A DNA stretch of 26,500 bases, from positions 1 to 26,500 of the forward strand of contig JAJRZO010000053.1 in NCBI GenBank assembly GCA_024275215.1. Direction: 5' to 3'. How positions within the stretch are numbered: the stretch's first letter is position 1; the number at the start of each line of letters is the position of its first letter. Under the pieces are notes generated by a model. It saw only the letters and a list, made by a program, of their open reading frames with translations, had not been told where the DNA came from and searched no databases. A program made the translations under genes and the position numbers. Below, piece by piece: positions 26,251 to 26,500 of this stretch. The stretch is from Candidatus Zixiibacteriota bacterium (GTDB taxonomy: Bacteria > Zixibacteria > MSB-5A5 > JAABVY01 > JAHJOQ01).

Positions 26251-26499
26251 TCAGGAAACATAACCAAGAACCGTTAAGACAATAATGTAAACCAGAGCGA
26301 AGACGCCAAAATAAGTGACCAATTTGCTCCGCGCTTTATTTTTCTCATCAATATCAAAGAAAGGTATCAAAGTCCAAATAATAGCTCCCAGACCAAATCC
26401 CATAAGTCCGAAAAGTTCGCCTTCAATAAAAAGCACGTGTGCTGGTATATATTTTAATGTCTGGAACATGAACATGAAATACCATTCAGGCTTGATCCC
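26251..26499 (-). CDS. C-terminal part of cytochrome b / subunit IV of a Rieske/cytochrome b (bc-type) complex, truncated by the window end
   Basis: Extending the listed 74-aa ORF to the edge gives GIKPEWYFMFMFQTLKYIP...IPFFD. PEWY is the Qo-site motif; two TM helices follow. Confidence 0.88.
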   Translation of the reverse strand, partial: GIKPEWYFMFMFQTLKYIPAHVLFIEGELFGLMGFGLGAIIWTLIPFFDIDEKNKARSKLVTYFGVFALVYIIVLTVLGYVS

Positions 26500-26500
26500 G

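Overview
Gene-dense bacterial window with four blocks. (1) 1-7155: surface glycosylation genes: two GT4 glycosyltransferases (one partial), a PaaK/CapK-like adenylate-forming enzyme, a GT2 + DUF2304 pair and two polytopic membrane proteins with GT-C-like features. (2) 7595-11158: a 1187-aa secreted protein with a beta-helix-like domain, Fn3 repeats and a T9SS/FlgD-like C-terminal domain, which hints at an FCB-group host such as Zixibacteria (inference). (3) 11452-16391: two potassium uptake systems, trkA-trkH and kup. (4) 16706-26500: a respiratory island. A candidate sigma54 promoter precedes a degenerate receiver-domain protein. A + strand run follows: a 17-heme cytochrome c fused to a cytochrome b (CbcL-like), an octaheme cytochrome c / TAT 4Fe-4S protein / NrfD trio, and an ImcH-like heptaheme NapC/NirT cytochrome. 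It converges on a - strand run: a PEWY-type cytochrome b (partial), a nonaheme and a tetraheme cytochrome c. I count 45 c-heme binding motifs by eye in about 9 kb, and four different families of quinol-interacting membrane modules. No terminal catalytic subunit or outer-membrane porin is visible in the window. Family assignments come from motif recognition, not database searches.
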